A stretch of 62,984 nucleotides of DNA, the filler included, from Folioceros fuciformis (taxonomy: Eukaryota): the NCBI GenBank assembly GCA_049999805.1. It is 9 parts of 9 records of this genome, joined end to end, with 100 filler letters (N's around TTAATTAATTAA, not from the genome) between each part and the next. Parts side by side here need not be neighbours in the genome. Positions count along the whole stretch, not along the records: positions 1 to 23,852 come from JBNGIO010002838.1; 8 more parts are not named here. One strand, written 5' to 3'. Both the position numbers and the translations under genes were made by a program. The notes below the pieces were generated by a model. The model was given only the letters and a program-made list of their open reading frames with translations. It searched no databases and had not been told where the DNA came from. Below are positions 1 through 13,200 of the stretch, in pieces. Position 1 is the stretch's first letter; each line of letters begins with the position of its first letter.

Positions 1-86
1 ATCATTGCAACTTAGGCCACAAACAAAGCTCTTGATAGAATCATTGCAGTCTAAGGTCTCCCCAACTCGACTTCATCCGGTATTCA
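1..86. repeat. End of a probable LTR containing a 39-bp tandem repeat
   Basis: ATCATTGCAACTTAGGCCACAAACAAAGCTCTTGATAGA is the same unit as at 23703-23852; possible terminal CA at 85-86. Confidence 0.5.
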
Positions 87-89
87 TCC

Positions 90-1550
90 GCTTGCTCCAA
101 CTCTAGACCCATAGGTCCTAGCTGAAAAACTGGCGTACTGTTGAGGGGGGATCCGGGAAGTCTAATGGGTGCTTCCACCATAACAAAAAACCCCCGCTTG
201 TCTGGGGGCCGCTTGAGATATCACTTCTCTTAGGCTAGCCAACAAATCCCTGCGTATAGTGTCTAGGATGACTCGTGCACAGGTTGCAAAGATTCCGAAC
301 TGCATTTGGAGATGGAAGGGAGATTTCCATGACTTTTGTTCCCAGTCCCAAATGCCCCGCAGGAACACTATGCCCCTCAGTCCTGCATTCCGAAAGTGTT
401 GGGACCTTCTGATCCCGCGTGCTTGCTCCTGTGACCACATGTGGGGTAGACCCTGCAGAGGTAATGCCAGAGCTTCTGAACGTTTATCCGGGGGTTGCCA
501 GCGGGCCATAGCCAGAGCCTTGCGGAAACTACTCCAAATGGAGTGCCATAGCGGCGACCCTTCCCCTTGAGCGAACCGGATGCGATCCGCAAGAACATGC
601 ACTATGCTCTATTGACCTCTCGTGCTAAGTTGGGCGCTATGGAGTCTAGCAGTGAAGAAGTCTTCCATGGGAAGTCCAGAGGACCCATAGCTTTGAGCAC
701 CCCTTGCACGTGAAGAGCCTGGGTCTTGAGGACCGGGTCAACTAAGGCTAGGCCACCCTAAAGTTTGGGTTGAGTCAAGAGATCCCAAGCTACTTTTTGG
801 CAGTTACCTTCCCCCTCCACCAGCCTACTCCATAAGCACTATCTGATGGTTTGTTTCAGCTTGGCAATGTCCACTCAAGACGGGGACCAAACAAATTGGA
901 AATACCACAGCATTGCTGTCAGGATGTAGTTTATGGCAACTACCCTGGCCGCCGTGGAGAGCTGTAATGTTTGGAGGGCTTGAGCTTTCCTGATGAACCT
1001 TGAAACAATATACTTCTCAATTTCCCCATCCTCCTCCCCCTCCTGTAGAGGGATATCAAGGTATTTGTGGAACTGGTTTCCACAGATGGGCTCGATATGG
1101 ATCACTAGGACGGGGATTCTATCACCTGTGTTTAGGCATATCATCTTTGGTTTGGCCCAGTTAACTTCACACCCCGATAATACGCCAAACTCCTCAACGA
1201 CCTGCATCATGGCTTGCAACAATCTTTCATTAGCCCTGGAAAACAGCATGGTGTCGTCAGCCAAACAAGAGATCCTGCATTCTTTGCCCAGTGGATCTCT
1301 TATGCCTTCTACTTCAGGTGCGAGTTGCTTCTCCATATGAGTAAATTAGTAAGGATGGAGAAAATAGGTGGGGCCAGAGGGCATCCCTGCCTCACAGACC
1401 GGGTGATGGGGAAGCGCTCTGAGATTTCACCATTCACCGCCACTTTGGCACCACCATCTTTGGTCAGAATAACCACCCAGTGGCATGGCGGCATGGCCAG
1501 CAAAGCTCGGTGAAGGTCTTCCACGCTGAGAGGGCTTTCCAGCTCATGAC
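90..1550 (-). mobile_element. L1-clade LINE ORF2 fragment (RT), frameshifted
   Basis: AKVAVNGEISERFPITRSVRQGCPLAP, LADDTML, GCEVNWAK, KYLDIPL, ARVVAINYILTAMLWY motifs; multiple stops. Confidence 0.9.
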
Positions 1551-2579
1551 TTTTTTTTCTTTCTTTTTTTCGCGAAGAAAAAGATTCTGATTAATTAATG
1601 GAAGATGTCTTCCACTTACAAGACATAGGAAGGACCCCCTGCTTACGTATGTACAATGCATGAGCACCATGAGAGAGGGGAAGGCCGACCTTGTGTCCAA
1701 AAACTCAAGACATGACACTCAAAGAGCACACCCCTAGGCTATGGTAGTAGTAGGCTGCTAAGACCACTCAGACTTAAACCTCAAATTCGACCAAAGACCA
1801 TAAGGGCTCACCTTCCCCATGGACACGTGTGATTCCACTGCTCATCATTCCCAGGATCAAGAAAGCCCACCTTCCTCCATTCTTTCCGCTTGAACTGTTT
1901 CTGATGGGACTGCCACAAAGCTTCTGCTGCAATCAGTAAGTGTTCCCATATGCACCATAATAAAGCCTTAGTTGAGGCTGACTCTTGTCCTCCATAGACC
2001 ACAGAGGACCAGTTAACCCAAAGAGAAAAAAGGCACGAAGACCACAGCAACCCCCACCATTGTGTCTGAAGTAGAGGCTTGCTCGAGACTGCATCCAACC
2101 CAAATAAGGCTGATTGTTTCTTGATCCTGAGATTAGTACCAGGAAAAATCTTTTGCAACCAGCTACCCACCTCCCTCCAAATTTCTTGAGTAAAGCTGCA
2201 ATGAAAGAACATGTGCTGACTTCTGTTTGGGGCACCAGAGGTGCAAAGTTGACACAGCTCCTCTCCCGTTGCAACTAACAACCCATCCCAGCGATCTGCA
2301 TTAGGTAAACATGCTTGAAAAAAGCACCAAACCGTAGTCCTCACCTTGGGAGGGATTCCTGCAGACTTCCATAGTAGCTTGATAGCTTCCCTTTGTCGCC
2401 GTATAGATAGTTGCAACCTGGGAGCCATTGGTTGTCGTTGATTGTTTTTTTGTGCTCATACTATCCAGAGGAATATGTCCGCCGTTGGGAAGTTGAAGAA
2501 AGATCTAAGGCAAGCCTCCTTGCACCCTAGACGCCTGGGCCATTTGTAGAGGTCTGGTCTTTAGGCCAATGCCAAGGCC
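1551..2579 (-). mobile_element. 3' end of a second L1 LINE (zf-RVT) with A-rich tail, interrupting the first LINE
   Basis: IPPKVRTTVW...CQLC...HMFFHCSFTQEIW zinc-binding motif (1808-2428); T-rich tract at 1551-1570 on + abuts the RT of LINE 1. Confidence 0.85.
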
Positions 2580-2616
2580 AAAGCACCAAACCGTAGTCCT
2601 CACCTTGGGAGGGATT

Positions 2617-4861
2617 GCTTGCTAAACCCATCCACACATGAGATCCTGATAAGCAGGGATGTGGTATTTGATGAGTTAGCCTCCTGGTATAGCAACTCAG
2701 TTGCACTACCCTATGACGAACCCATAAGGGAGAGTACTGTTAAGAGTACTCCAGCAAAGGGTGAGGATGTGACCAATGGTGGATCACCAACGGTGAATCC
2801 ATGGTCTGGAAGACTGCGGAATGGTAAACCCAAGACCACTGACCCGGACATGTCAGTGAGGGGGAGAGTAGAAAGCAGCAAAACTGGAAACGAGGGATAT
2901 GAATCCTCAAGTAGTGAGAGCATTGACACTGAGTTTGGCATTCCGTCTGTGGAAATGCCAGGTGCTAAGGAGCAACAATATGCAAGGCAGGTTCAAAATG
3001 AACCAAGACCAAGGAGATCTGAGAGGGTTAGGAAACCCATTGACAGGTACACCTATATAAGCTACAATGCGCAACATTATGCGTATATGACAAGGGTCGT
3101 AGCTTGTAAGGAGCCAACCAAGTTTGCGGAGGCAGTGACAGATGATAAGTGGAGTCAAGCCATGGATGAAGAATACTCAGCATTAGTTGAGAACGGAACG
3201 TGGGATTTGGTTCAATTGCCTCATGGCAAGGTTCCTATTGGTTCTAAGTGGGTGTACAAGCTGAAGTTCAAGTCAGATGGAACGCTGGAGCGTTACAAGG
3301 CCAGGTTGGTTGCAAAGGGATATGCACAACAGTATGGTCTTGATTATGAGGAAACCTTTAGTCCAGTAGCCAAGATGACAACTGTAAGGACAGTCATAGC
3401 ATTAGCAGTAGCTAAAGGATGGAAGGTATGGCAAATGGATGTCAAGAATGCCTTCTTGAATGGTGAGTTGCAAGAGGAAGTGTACGTGGAACAGCCTGAA
3501 GGCTATGTTCATCCTAAGTTTCCAACATACGTATGCAAACTGAGGAAGGCATTGTATGGACTCAAACAGGCACCTAGAGCATGGAATGCTCGTATCACAA
3601 GCTATTTGAAGGAGCGAGGGTTTGTGATTGGAGACGCAGATCACAGTCTGTTTGTAAAACAGACTAAGGTAGGACAAGTGTGTCTTGTCGTTTATGTTGA
3701 CGACTTGATCATCACAGGAGATGATGCATATGGTATTGCAGATGTCAAGGCGAATCTGTAAAAAGAGTTCAAGGTGAAGGATCTTGGTGAACTTAGATAC
3801 TTCTTAGGAATTGAGGTGGTGTCTACACCTCAAGGAATCTGGCTATTCCAAAAACAATATGCTAAGGATATGTTGCAGAAGTATGGCATGGCAGATTGCA
3901 AAGCGATGGATACACCATTGGAGCAGAACGTCAAGCTGCAAATGGATGTAGGAGCTGAGCTGGAAAATGTGACTATGTATCGACAGATGGTCGGAAGTTT
4001 GATCTACTTGACTATCACACGTCCTGACTTAAGTTATGCAGTGGGACTGATTAGTCAATTCATGCAGAACCCAAGGAAACCGCACTTGGATGCAGTTAGA
4101 AGAATCATGAGATATGTGAAAGGAAGTACTGAGTTTGGATTGTTCTATGAGCATAGAAAGCATCTTGAACTGATAGGATATACAGATGCTGATTGGGCTG
4201 GTTGTGCGTATGACAGAAGATCAACTAGTGGATATGCATTCAGTCTGGGAAGTAGTATGATCAGCTGGCAAAGTAAGAAACAACCGACAGTTGCTTTGTC
4301 AAGCACAGAAGCAGAGTATCGAGGAGCTGCAATGGCAGCCTGTGAAGCAGCTTGGTTGCAGAAGTTGCTACATGATCTTGGAAATATAGTGAACAGCAAG
4401 GTTACAATCTACTGTGACAACATGAGTAGCATGAGGTTGGCTACCAATCCTGTGTTTCATGCTCGTTCGAAGCACATAGAAGTACATTATCATTTCATCA
4501 GGGAAGCGGTATTATCTGAGAAGATAGATCTTCGGCACGTGAAGACCGAAGACCAGGCAGCAGATATCTTTACTAAGTCGCTAGGTAGAGATAAGTTCTT
4601 ACACTTTCATGAACTACTTGGAGTGTTACAAATAGTCTTAGCTTGAGGGGGAGTGTTAGAAATCAAGCTCTAACTGAATTGTTATTAAGAGCATAAAACA
4701 CTTAGGATAGTGTAGATTATCCCATATTGAACTCGTAGTTATCTATCACCTAAGTGTTATCAGGATATATCAGGATATACTAGGATATTGCACCCTCGAG
4801 ACTAAGGCTTACCTTATTGAGGGTTGCCCCGGAGTCCTTCTAAGCCTGTGGTACTATTTCA
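2617..4861 (+). mobile_element. Ty1/copia element A, 3' half (RT, RNase H, PPT, 3' LTR 4654-4861)
   Basis: YKARLVAKGY, QMDVKNAFLNG, LYGLKQAPRAW, YVDDLI, YTDADWAG, KHIEVHYHFIRE; one stop at 3759-3761; PPT GAGGGGGAG then TGTTAG...CTATTTCA. Confidence 0.95.
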
Positions 4862-7800
4862 ATAGGCGCGAGATCCGAAGACTTGGAGGTGTAGAAGGCT
4901 GGGCTTCTTGTTCCAGAATACCTCAAAAGGAGTCTTGGTTGGGACAGTACTGGTAATGATGCAATTAAGGATGTAGGTCACCGCCACTATGGCCTCAGCC
5001 CAATAGCCCTGTGGTAAGTTTGCTCATAAGAGCATGCTTCTCGTCATTGAAAGCAGGGTTTGGTTCTTGTGTTCTGACACACTATTCTGTTGTGGTGTGT
5101 AGGGCACTGTGAACTGGCGCAGGATTCCTGAAGCCTGCAAGAGGTCATTAAAGGATGAGTTAACAAATTCAGTGCCGTTATCGGTTCTAAGGGTCTTCAG
5201 GAGCTGTCCTAACTGCCTCTAGGCTATGGTAAGCCATTCCTTGAAGCAGGCATAGGTGTCACTCTTCAGCTGCATGGGCTAGGTCCACGTGTAGCGGCTG
5301 TAGTCATCATTGACTGTTAGGAAGTAACAAGCACCTCCAAGGGAGGGCTCATGGACTTTGCCTGAGATGTCTGCGTGGACTAACTCAAAGACTCGGGTGG
5401 CCCTCTGTGCAGGTGAATCAGGGAATGGTGACTCCTTCTGCTTGGCAAGGATGCATGATTCACACACACGTAACTGCTTGAAGCATTTGGGGAGGGGTTC
5501 TCGATGGCACTCTAGGGATGACATGTTAATCAGCTTCGACCTATTGACGTGTCCTAGGCGGGCATGCCACAACAAGGCCTGCTATGCCTGACTTAGGTTA
5601 GGACCTGTGGTTGAGTGGACAGCCTTTGTGTGTGGGTCTGAATTGTGACAGGTGATGTTGAGCCTGTATAGGTTGCTCTCAGGCAGTCCCTCAAAGGCAC
5701 ATGTGTGGGGAGATGACTTGCTTGTAGAAGCACCAGTGCTCACAGTCTGCGTGCATGTAGAAGGCCCGCTGTCCCATGAGCTGGCTCATGGACATGAGGT
5801 TCTTGGCCATGCCTGGGACGTAAATGACATCTGTCAGGGTTAGTTGAGTGCCATCATGGAGGCTGAAGACACAGGAACCCTTGCCCTCAATGCGCAGACT
5901 TGTCTTGCTCTACTCATCTGCAAGAAATACCTGACCTCCTTTTTGTGTTAGGTCAAGGGTACTAAAGAGGTCCCTCTTCTTGCAGATATGTGTCGTCGCC
6001 CCGGAGTCGAGGTACCAGCAGCTGTCATCACTGAGAGTGCTGGACAAGCAGACTGTTAGTATCTTCACAGGAGCCTTCAAGTCTCCTGGTTTGTTATGCC
6101 TCACGGCCACGTTTGCACTGGTTTTTGCTGCTTTGAGGGCTCGCCGGCCCTTCTTTTCCGGCATTCTCTGGCCCAGTGGCCGGGAAGGCCACACCAATTG
6201 CAGTTGCTAGGTCTCTTGATGGGGCTTGAAGGTTCCTCCCTCTGTCCCTACATTGCTGTGCTTCTAGGTCTAGTTCTTCCCTTGCGGAAGTTTGTGGCTA
6301 ATACCTTCTCTCCCTTGTTCCTGAAGGTGGATGAGAAGGCGAGACTCTGCTCTTCCTGGAACAGCGCACCAATCACCTCCTCCAAGGTGATGGTCGCTAT
6401 CTGGCCAGGGGCAGCCACGGCAGCGCGTATGGGGCCGTTTTGGCTCGTAACAAAGGTCTGGTAGGAGGCAGGAAGAGTGCTCAGCAGTTGGGTGATAGCG
6501 TCCACCTCTGACATCTTCTCTCTTGTCATCGCAGTGAGTTGGGCACGTAGGTGCCGGAACTTGTTGACATGTGAGACCACCTTTTCTCCCTCTTTCATTT
6601 TAAGGGAGAAGAACTCCTGCCTGACTGTGCATAGCGTCATCATGTGCTGGATTTTGTATGTCTTTTCTAATTGGTCCCATATGCCATGTGCAGATGTGAG
6701 GTACTCTACCTTTGGGACCAAGTCTGCATCTAGCCCACAAATAATTAGGGCAACAGCAATGGCATTATGTTGTTCCCACCTGGCAATTTCATTGGCTGTG
6801 GGGGTAGGACTGGTATTGGGTCAGGTTTGGGGTAGGAACCGTCAACAATGGTCCAAACTCCCTAGGCCAGCAGGGTGGCCTTCATCCGGACTCTCCACAC
6901 AGTGTAGCCATACCCCTTAAACCTATCCTTCTCCTTGAGTTCTGAGGTGAAGGTAGGTGTGTTTGACGATGCTGCCATTGCTGATTGTTGGGTTGGGGTA
7001 TGTAGAGAGAGGTGATGGAAACCACTGATAAGGGAGTTGAGTTGTGCAAGGGTGACCATGTACGCCTACACCAACCAAGGGAGCTGTGGCTACGGTGGTA
7101 CGAGGGGGTAGGTGCGCATGTGACTCCTGCTATTGTGCTCCCGTTCCCTTATTAGCTGATGCTGGGACGTAGGTGGCGGGGCCTAGCTGAGCACAGAGTT
7201 CGGATGCCATCGGGGTGGTGGCACTGTTGAGTTATCGAGCTCTATATGAGCTAAACTCATGTGGTGTTAGTTATCCCAGTTGGGTTCATACTAGACTAGT
7301 TCTAGTTATTAGTGAACTTAGGATAGTGTAGATTATCCCATATTGAACCTGGAAGTTGTGTAGCCCTAAATGTACTACTTAAATGGAGACCTCGGACCTC
7401 CATAGTAAGACAGTGGTGATGTGTATTGTTTTCATGGTTGTGATCACCAATACCACCCTCTCTTCTCTCCTCTCCTCTCCTACACTTGCACGTAGATTGG
7501 AGTCGATCCTATTGACAGGCACCTCAGTCCTGCGCCCAGTTGAAGGCCTTGCCACTGATGACCGTGGCATGGGTACACCTAGGGTGATGAGGGAGCTAAC
7601 ACAGCTTGTTAGGCCCAGATGGGGAGATAATGTTCTTATTACTATTATTTTCGAAAGGGGGCGGACCGAAGGGGTGAGCCCTAGGTTTGAGTCCAGGTGG
7701 GCTGTTACTAACCGTCATGTCCCAGCAGCTTGAAGAGGTTCACTACGTGGCCCAATGGGGAGGCGACGAGGTAGATCTCGGCGAGGGGCATAGAGCGCAT

Positions 7801-8728
7801 CGTGCCGGTTTGCGTTTGGGGCACCGAATGTGCCCGTTCGCCCAGGTCGGTGCTCCCTGGCAGCGGAAGTGTCTAGGGCCCAAGGCCGTCTGATCCCGAC
7901 TTGGCAAGCAAATCCCCTGAATGTCGCCTCTGTTGATCAAGGTTCTTGAGAAGATCTACAACCTGGCAGATGCTCTCACGGATCTTGTCAGAGGTGAGGA
8001 ATTCAAGGGTCTAGAGTTCGGGGTCGGGGTGTTGGGCGTGGATTCTGGAGGAAACCTGATACGAGAGCAAACTAGACAGCAATCCCTCCACGCGGCTGAG
8101 GATACTCCGGGACCTGTTGAGAATCTTCCTCAACTCTTTGTGTGGGTTGATGTCTGTATTGCGCTGGTGTGTGGCAGGTGTTCTAGGTGCTGGCAAGGGC
8201 CCCCAGGAGTTGAGCGAGTAGCACGCCGGCGTGGATTGTTCGTAGGAACAGTGGGTGCCGGAGATGCGGTCGCGTTGCAGGGGGAATTGCTGGCACTAGG
8301 GAGGAGAGTACTGCCACCGCGAGTGCCGAGCTCTTCCTCTCCTAGGGATGCGCGCACTTTCTGCAGAGAGGTGCGCCAAGTGATCAAGTGGGGAGCCTGC
8401 AGCGGTGAGTCCCTTTTCAGGCGCGCACTCGAATCTGCCCCTACTGGAAGCGCCCTGCCTCGGCATGGTTCCAGGAATCCTCTAGAGGTTTCAGCATGGC
8501 TCTGATACCATGAGAACAAAGTGATTAGGAAGCATAGCGATTCTAGGAAAAATAGCTTTCTATGTGTTTTGCAATTGAATAATAAAGTAAAAAATTCACA
8601 TCAGTGTTTCTGCTTAAATAGCAGTTTATCTGCCTAATCGATTTACCCTCAAACAGCCGTGCCGTTTCGTCTGTGTTTACCTAGCACTTATGTTTAAGTA
8701 TAGTTAAGATGCTACATATGCTCTAACA
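4862..8728 (-). mobile_element. Ty1/copia element B, 5' half (5' LTR 8511-8728, PBS-Met 8499-8510, gag, protease, integrase), decayed
   Basis: Reverse-strand TGGTATCAGAGC next to a TG...CA 218-bp LTR; WYLDSGATTHIC, LWHARLGH, CESC, LVHADISG, DDYSRYTW; cut at VFGSRAY by the LTR of element A. Confidence 0.93.
7225..7517. mobile_element. Solo LTR (293 bp) with 5-bp TSD GGCAC
   Basis: TGTTGAG...ATTGACA flanked by GGCAC at 7220-7224 and 7518-7522. Confidence 0.9.
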
Positions 8729-10269
8729 CGTACCCAGCTACTCAAGAGCTCAAGTTTCCAACCCCTAATGGGAAGGAGAAAGCAGCGAGGGTCCCTAAGG
8801 GGCCCAACTTCATGGTGAGGAGCTGAAACGATACCAAGCCTTGTTTTCCAAATTTCATGATGTCTTCATTACAGAGCACGCGGAGATGCCAGCCACCAAC
8901 CTGGGGGAGTTTCGCATCAACATCCCTGCTGACACAAAACCCAAAATGCAAAAGTTACGAAGGTTGTCCCCCAAACACATGCAGGAGGTGAAGGAAGAGG
9001 TAGAGCGGCTCTTAGAAGCTGGTTGCATCGAGCCTGTAGAAGAGCCAGAGTGGGTGTCCCCCATTGTGATTTCAATGAAGAAGAATGGGAAGATTTGGAT
9101 ATGTGTGGACTTTCGAAAACTGAACAAGGCAACAGTGAAGGACAAGTATCCTCTGCCTTTCACTGATGAGATCTTGGACGAGGTGGCAGGACATGAAATG
9201 TACTCCTTTTACGATGGTTACAGTGGGTTCTACCAAGTCGCGATTGCCAAGGAAGATCAACTCAAGACTGCGTTTGTTATCCCATGGGGAGTATTCATGT
9301 ATAAAGTGATGCCCTTTGGCCTCTGTAATGCCCCATCAATCTTTCAGAGGTTTATGGTTGAAGCACTGCAGACCACCATAGGGAAGTGTCTCAGAGTTTT
9401 CCTTGACGACTTTGCTGTCTACGGGAAACGAGCTGAACATCTTACCTACCTAGAGCTGGTCTTCAGTTGCCTTCAAAAAGCAAGACTGGGTCTTAACCCG
9501 CAGAAGTGTGTGTTTGGCGTTAAGGGTGGTGAACTCTTAGGCTTTATGGTCGACGGCACTGGGGTCAAGGCTGATCCTAAGAAGATTGAAAAGATAACGA
9601 GGAGACCTCCACCAGCTTCACAAACAAAAGCAAGGTCCTTCGTCCAAGCAGCCCGTTATTATCAACGGCTAGTTCCGTCCTTCATTGACGCAGCAGCCCC
9701 TCTCTACAACCTGTTCCGCAAAACCCAAGGCTGGGATTGGGATGATGCCGCTAATAAGGCTTTTGTTGGGCTTAAGGCTTTGATGGCCTCATACCAGGTA
9801 ATGAGGAACCCTCAGTGGGATTCTACGTTTTTTGTAAGTTTGGAGGTCACAGGAAACTCGTTGGAGTACAACCTTTTCCAGAAGAATGCTATGTCTAACC
9901 TTTTCCATCCTGTGTACTTTGGAGAATGCTTGCTGACTAATTGTGAGTCAAGGTACAGTGATGTAGAAAAAACTACAGCAGCTATGGTGGCAGCAACCCG
10001 GAAATACCACCACTACCTAACAGGTAACAAATTTGTATTCTTGGTTAGGCTACATCCCATTTGATACCTCATGAACTTGCCAAACCTCACTGGCCGATTT
10101 GCTAGATGGATTTGCGCCTTGACCGGATATGAGTTTGAAGTAAAGGTTAAAGGATTGCAATTCATGGAGATGGAAACCGGGCTCTGTGGTTAGAAGTCGG
10201 AAGCAGTGGAAAGCACTAAACAAGAGGAACAGATGGTACCATCAGAAGCAATAAGATGTGAAGCACCTA

Positions 10270-13200
10270 TGTAGAGGAAAAAAACTTTCGACACTCCCAT
10301 TTTGAGTGACAGAATGAGCAGGCTGCAATTTTTTGTGTGAAGGAACGAGCAAATCGGCTTAGTATGTGAATAAGATGGGGTATTCATACCCAAAAATGGC
10401 CTTGGTCTTTGGGTGTTTGGGATACCGAAGACCATGATCTAGAAGTAGTGAGTGAGGGTGCCCTTGGGCCTTGGTGGTTCGGGGGCATTTAGGAGATTAT
10501 ATATATCTCCCCCTTTTGGAAATAAGGAATAGAAATGAGTAGGGAAGGGGGTTAGCTAGTTGTGAATTTACGAAAAAGGATGGGTTGAGGTGATTGGGCG
10601 ACGGTGGCCAGTGGGGCAACCGTTGCGAAAAGGACGACTGGTGGTAGTCTAACTGGCAGTAGTGAGAGAAGAAAATGGCTAGTATAAAAACCCTAAAGGG
10701 AAGTCTGGAAGGGAATTAAGTTAGTCTTCGAAACGTAAAGGGCAGTAACCCGGGAGCGTGAAGGCGGCTGGAAGGGAAGCAGATGCTGAGGCAACAGGAC
10801 GGGCCGAGGCAAGCAGCGAGTGCTCAGCGAGAGAGAGAAGGGACCGCAGAAGCCGGAGCACGAGGAGGAGATTGGCGGGATGAGGTCACGTCCTGAACTG
10901 CTGCCTCGAGTACCAGAGCAGGAGGGGGAACCTCCTGTCCCCCGGATCAACCTACTCTTGTGGCCCAACATGGAGCACTGGAGGGTCAGAGCAGGAGGGT
11001 TGGTGGATGAATTGGGTCTGGGTTTCATGACCCATAAGTGGAACCACGCGGCGCCACAGTTGGTCAGGGAGTGCGCCCTAAGGTTGAGGGAACCTGTCCG
11101 TGAGAAAGGGATCAGAGGTAGACCGCAGGGGTGGAATCTGGAGCTAGTAAGGAGGGTGTATGGTCGTGACCAGCGAGAAGAGGGAGGATTGGTGCTGGAG
11201 TCCCTAAGGAAACGAGGGGGGGGGGTACGGGAGACGCTGAAGGACTGCTCAAACCAAGCACGAAGAAGGAGGCTAACGGATGGTTGGTTCGCGATATGGC
11301 GAGCCCGCAGCTGATGGGTCTGGCCAGGTGGTTTCTTAGCTTTCTCCAGGTTTGCAAACAGGATTATCTGTCTGACCAGATGCTCCTGTTTGTGCATGAG
11401 GTAGTGAAGGGGACCAGGATTGATTGGGGAAAAATTCTGTATGCGAGGATGGACGAGGAGAGGCAGAATTTGGCCCTGTCCTCTCCTCAGCCCTCGATGA
11501 TTTCCCCATTTCTAGTGCATATTTATAGTTATCCTAACCTGGTGTCGGAACTGGAGGTGTTGGCTTCACTGCACATGTGGAGGCCAATCAGGGATGTAAA
11601 ATGGAAGCATGTTGAGCCAGTGAAGGCTGACTCTAGCAGTTGGGAGTTGGGAAGTGGGGACAGCTTGGAGGGGAAGGTCCCTGTCAGGCCTAAGAAGAAG
11701 ACAGCGGCTCAGGGGAAGACCCTTGCCTAGAGGAGATGGGTCCGCGGGCATAGCACGAGAGGAGGGAGTAGGCCGGAGACATCGGACACAGCCCTGGAGC
11801 AAACCGAAGGTAAGACAGAGGAGCAGGCTGTACAAGAATAGGAGCTCGCTAATCAGGGGGTTATGGATCAAGAACTGGAAGAGCAGGGGTAGGATGAAGC
11901 AAGGCTGGAGGGGTCTCAAGAGTAGACGTTAGCCGCCGAGTTAATTCCTCCCAGGCATGAGAGCAAATTAGGGCATGATTCGGCGCAAGGAGCTTTTTCC
12001 GAATGGGAGGAAATCTTCAGGAGCATTCCTCAGAAGGATAGGCTGCAGGTGGGAAACCTGGAGAAGCTGAGGGAGTTTCCGGGCAAGGAGATTACGGCAA
12101 GGGGGATGACGGTTGGAAAGGCGCAGGAGGTGGATCTGCCAGGGCTGACTGCCAAAATGGTACAGGCCCAAGCAGATCTCCTGGACCAGGCTGCTAGGGC
12201 ACTGACCTAGCTGAGTGTGCAGGCAGAACGGGAAGCCGAGGCCTGAGGGAAAGAAGCAGAGGCATACCGGAAGGAGGCTGAAGCCCGGAGGCTACTGGCA
12301 GAATCGGAGACGGCGTGGCAGCAGCTGGAGGAGAGACAATGAGTCCTGGATAAAGAGAGGGCATAGGCTGAGGAAGAGGTACGCTAGGCGAAGGCTGAGG
12401 TCCAAGCACTAAGGGAGCAACAGGGGATCCTACTAGCTCAGGTGAGGGAGGCCCATGAGACTAACCTGGAGATACAGTAGGAGATGGCCAAGGCGCAAGA
12501 GCTGGAAATAGCAGCAGTGGAACAAGCCCAGAAGCTGGCTGACAGGTACAAGCGGGAGCGAGACGAAGCCAGAGAGAGAGTGAAGGGGAAGGGTAATGTT
12601 GGGCGCCCAAGTCAAACGGCGACCCCGGTAGCTGAAGAGGCTACCGATAGTCGAGCAGGGGAACCGGTAATCGAGCGGACTACCGGTAGCCGAGTAGCCG
12701 CCAGGGCTACCGGTAGCCCGGCTGAGCCCAGAGTAGCCGAGGGACCAGCCCTGGGAACCAAGGAAGAAACAGCGAAGGCGCCTGAGCTTAGGCGCTCCAG
12801 GAGATTGACCCGCACCAAAAGGACAGAGCCAGAGGAAGCAACAGCTGGACGGGTGAAGGACCTTCAGGTACCCTAGAAAGATGGGGAACAGACAGCCCAC
12901 GGTAGTCCAAGGGAGGAAGGGGTAAGCACCTCCTTTATGACAGAAGGTCAGGTTGTGCTGCAGTATGAGGAGGAGGCTTCCTATGTGCCAGGTCTTTATG
13001 TGGAAGGGGCCAGAGTTCTTAAACTGTTTCTACATGTACGTATGGGCACAGGAGGGCCGCGGGGCTACGGCCTGCATATGAGGACCCGCAAGGGACTCTA
13101 CCGATACAGCTGGTGGGTGACAAGCCTGCCCCATTGCTACGCGGAGGCAGTTCTGGAAGAGTTGACGGAAGAAGAGGCCCAACGATGGGTAGAACGAGAG

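Noticed and set aside
4773-4780. P1BS-like GGATATAC in a copia LTR, in a window containing a PHR-like gene
   Set aside because: Single 8-mer expected by chance; the loci are on unlinked contigs
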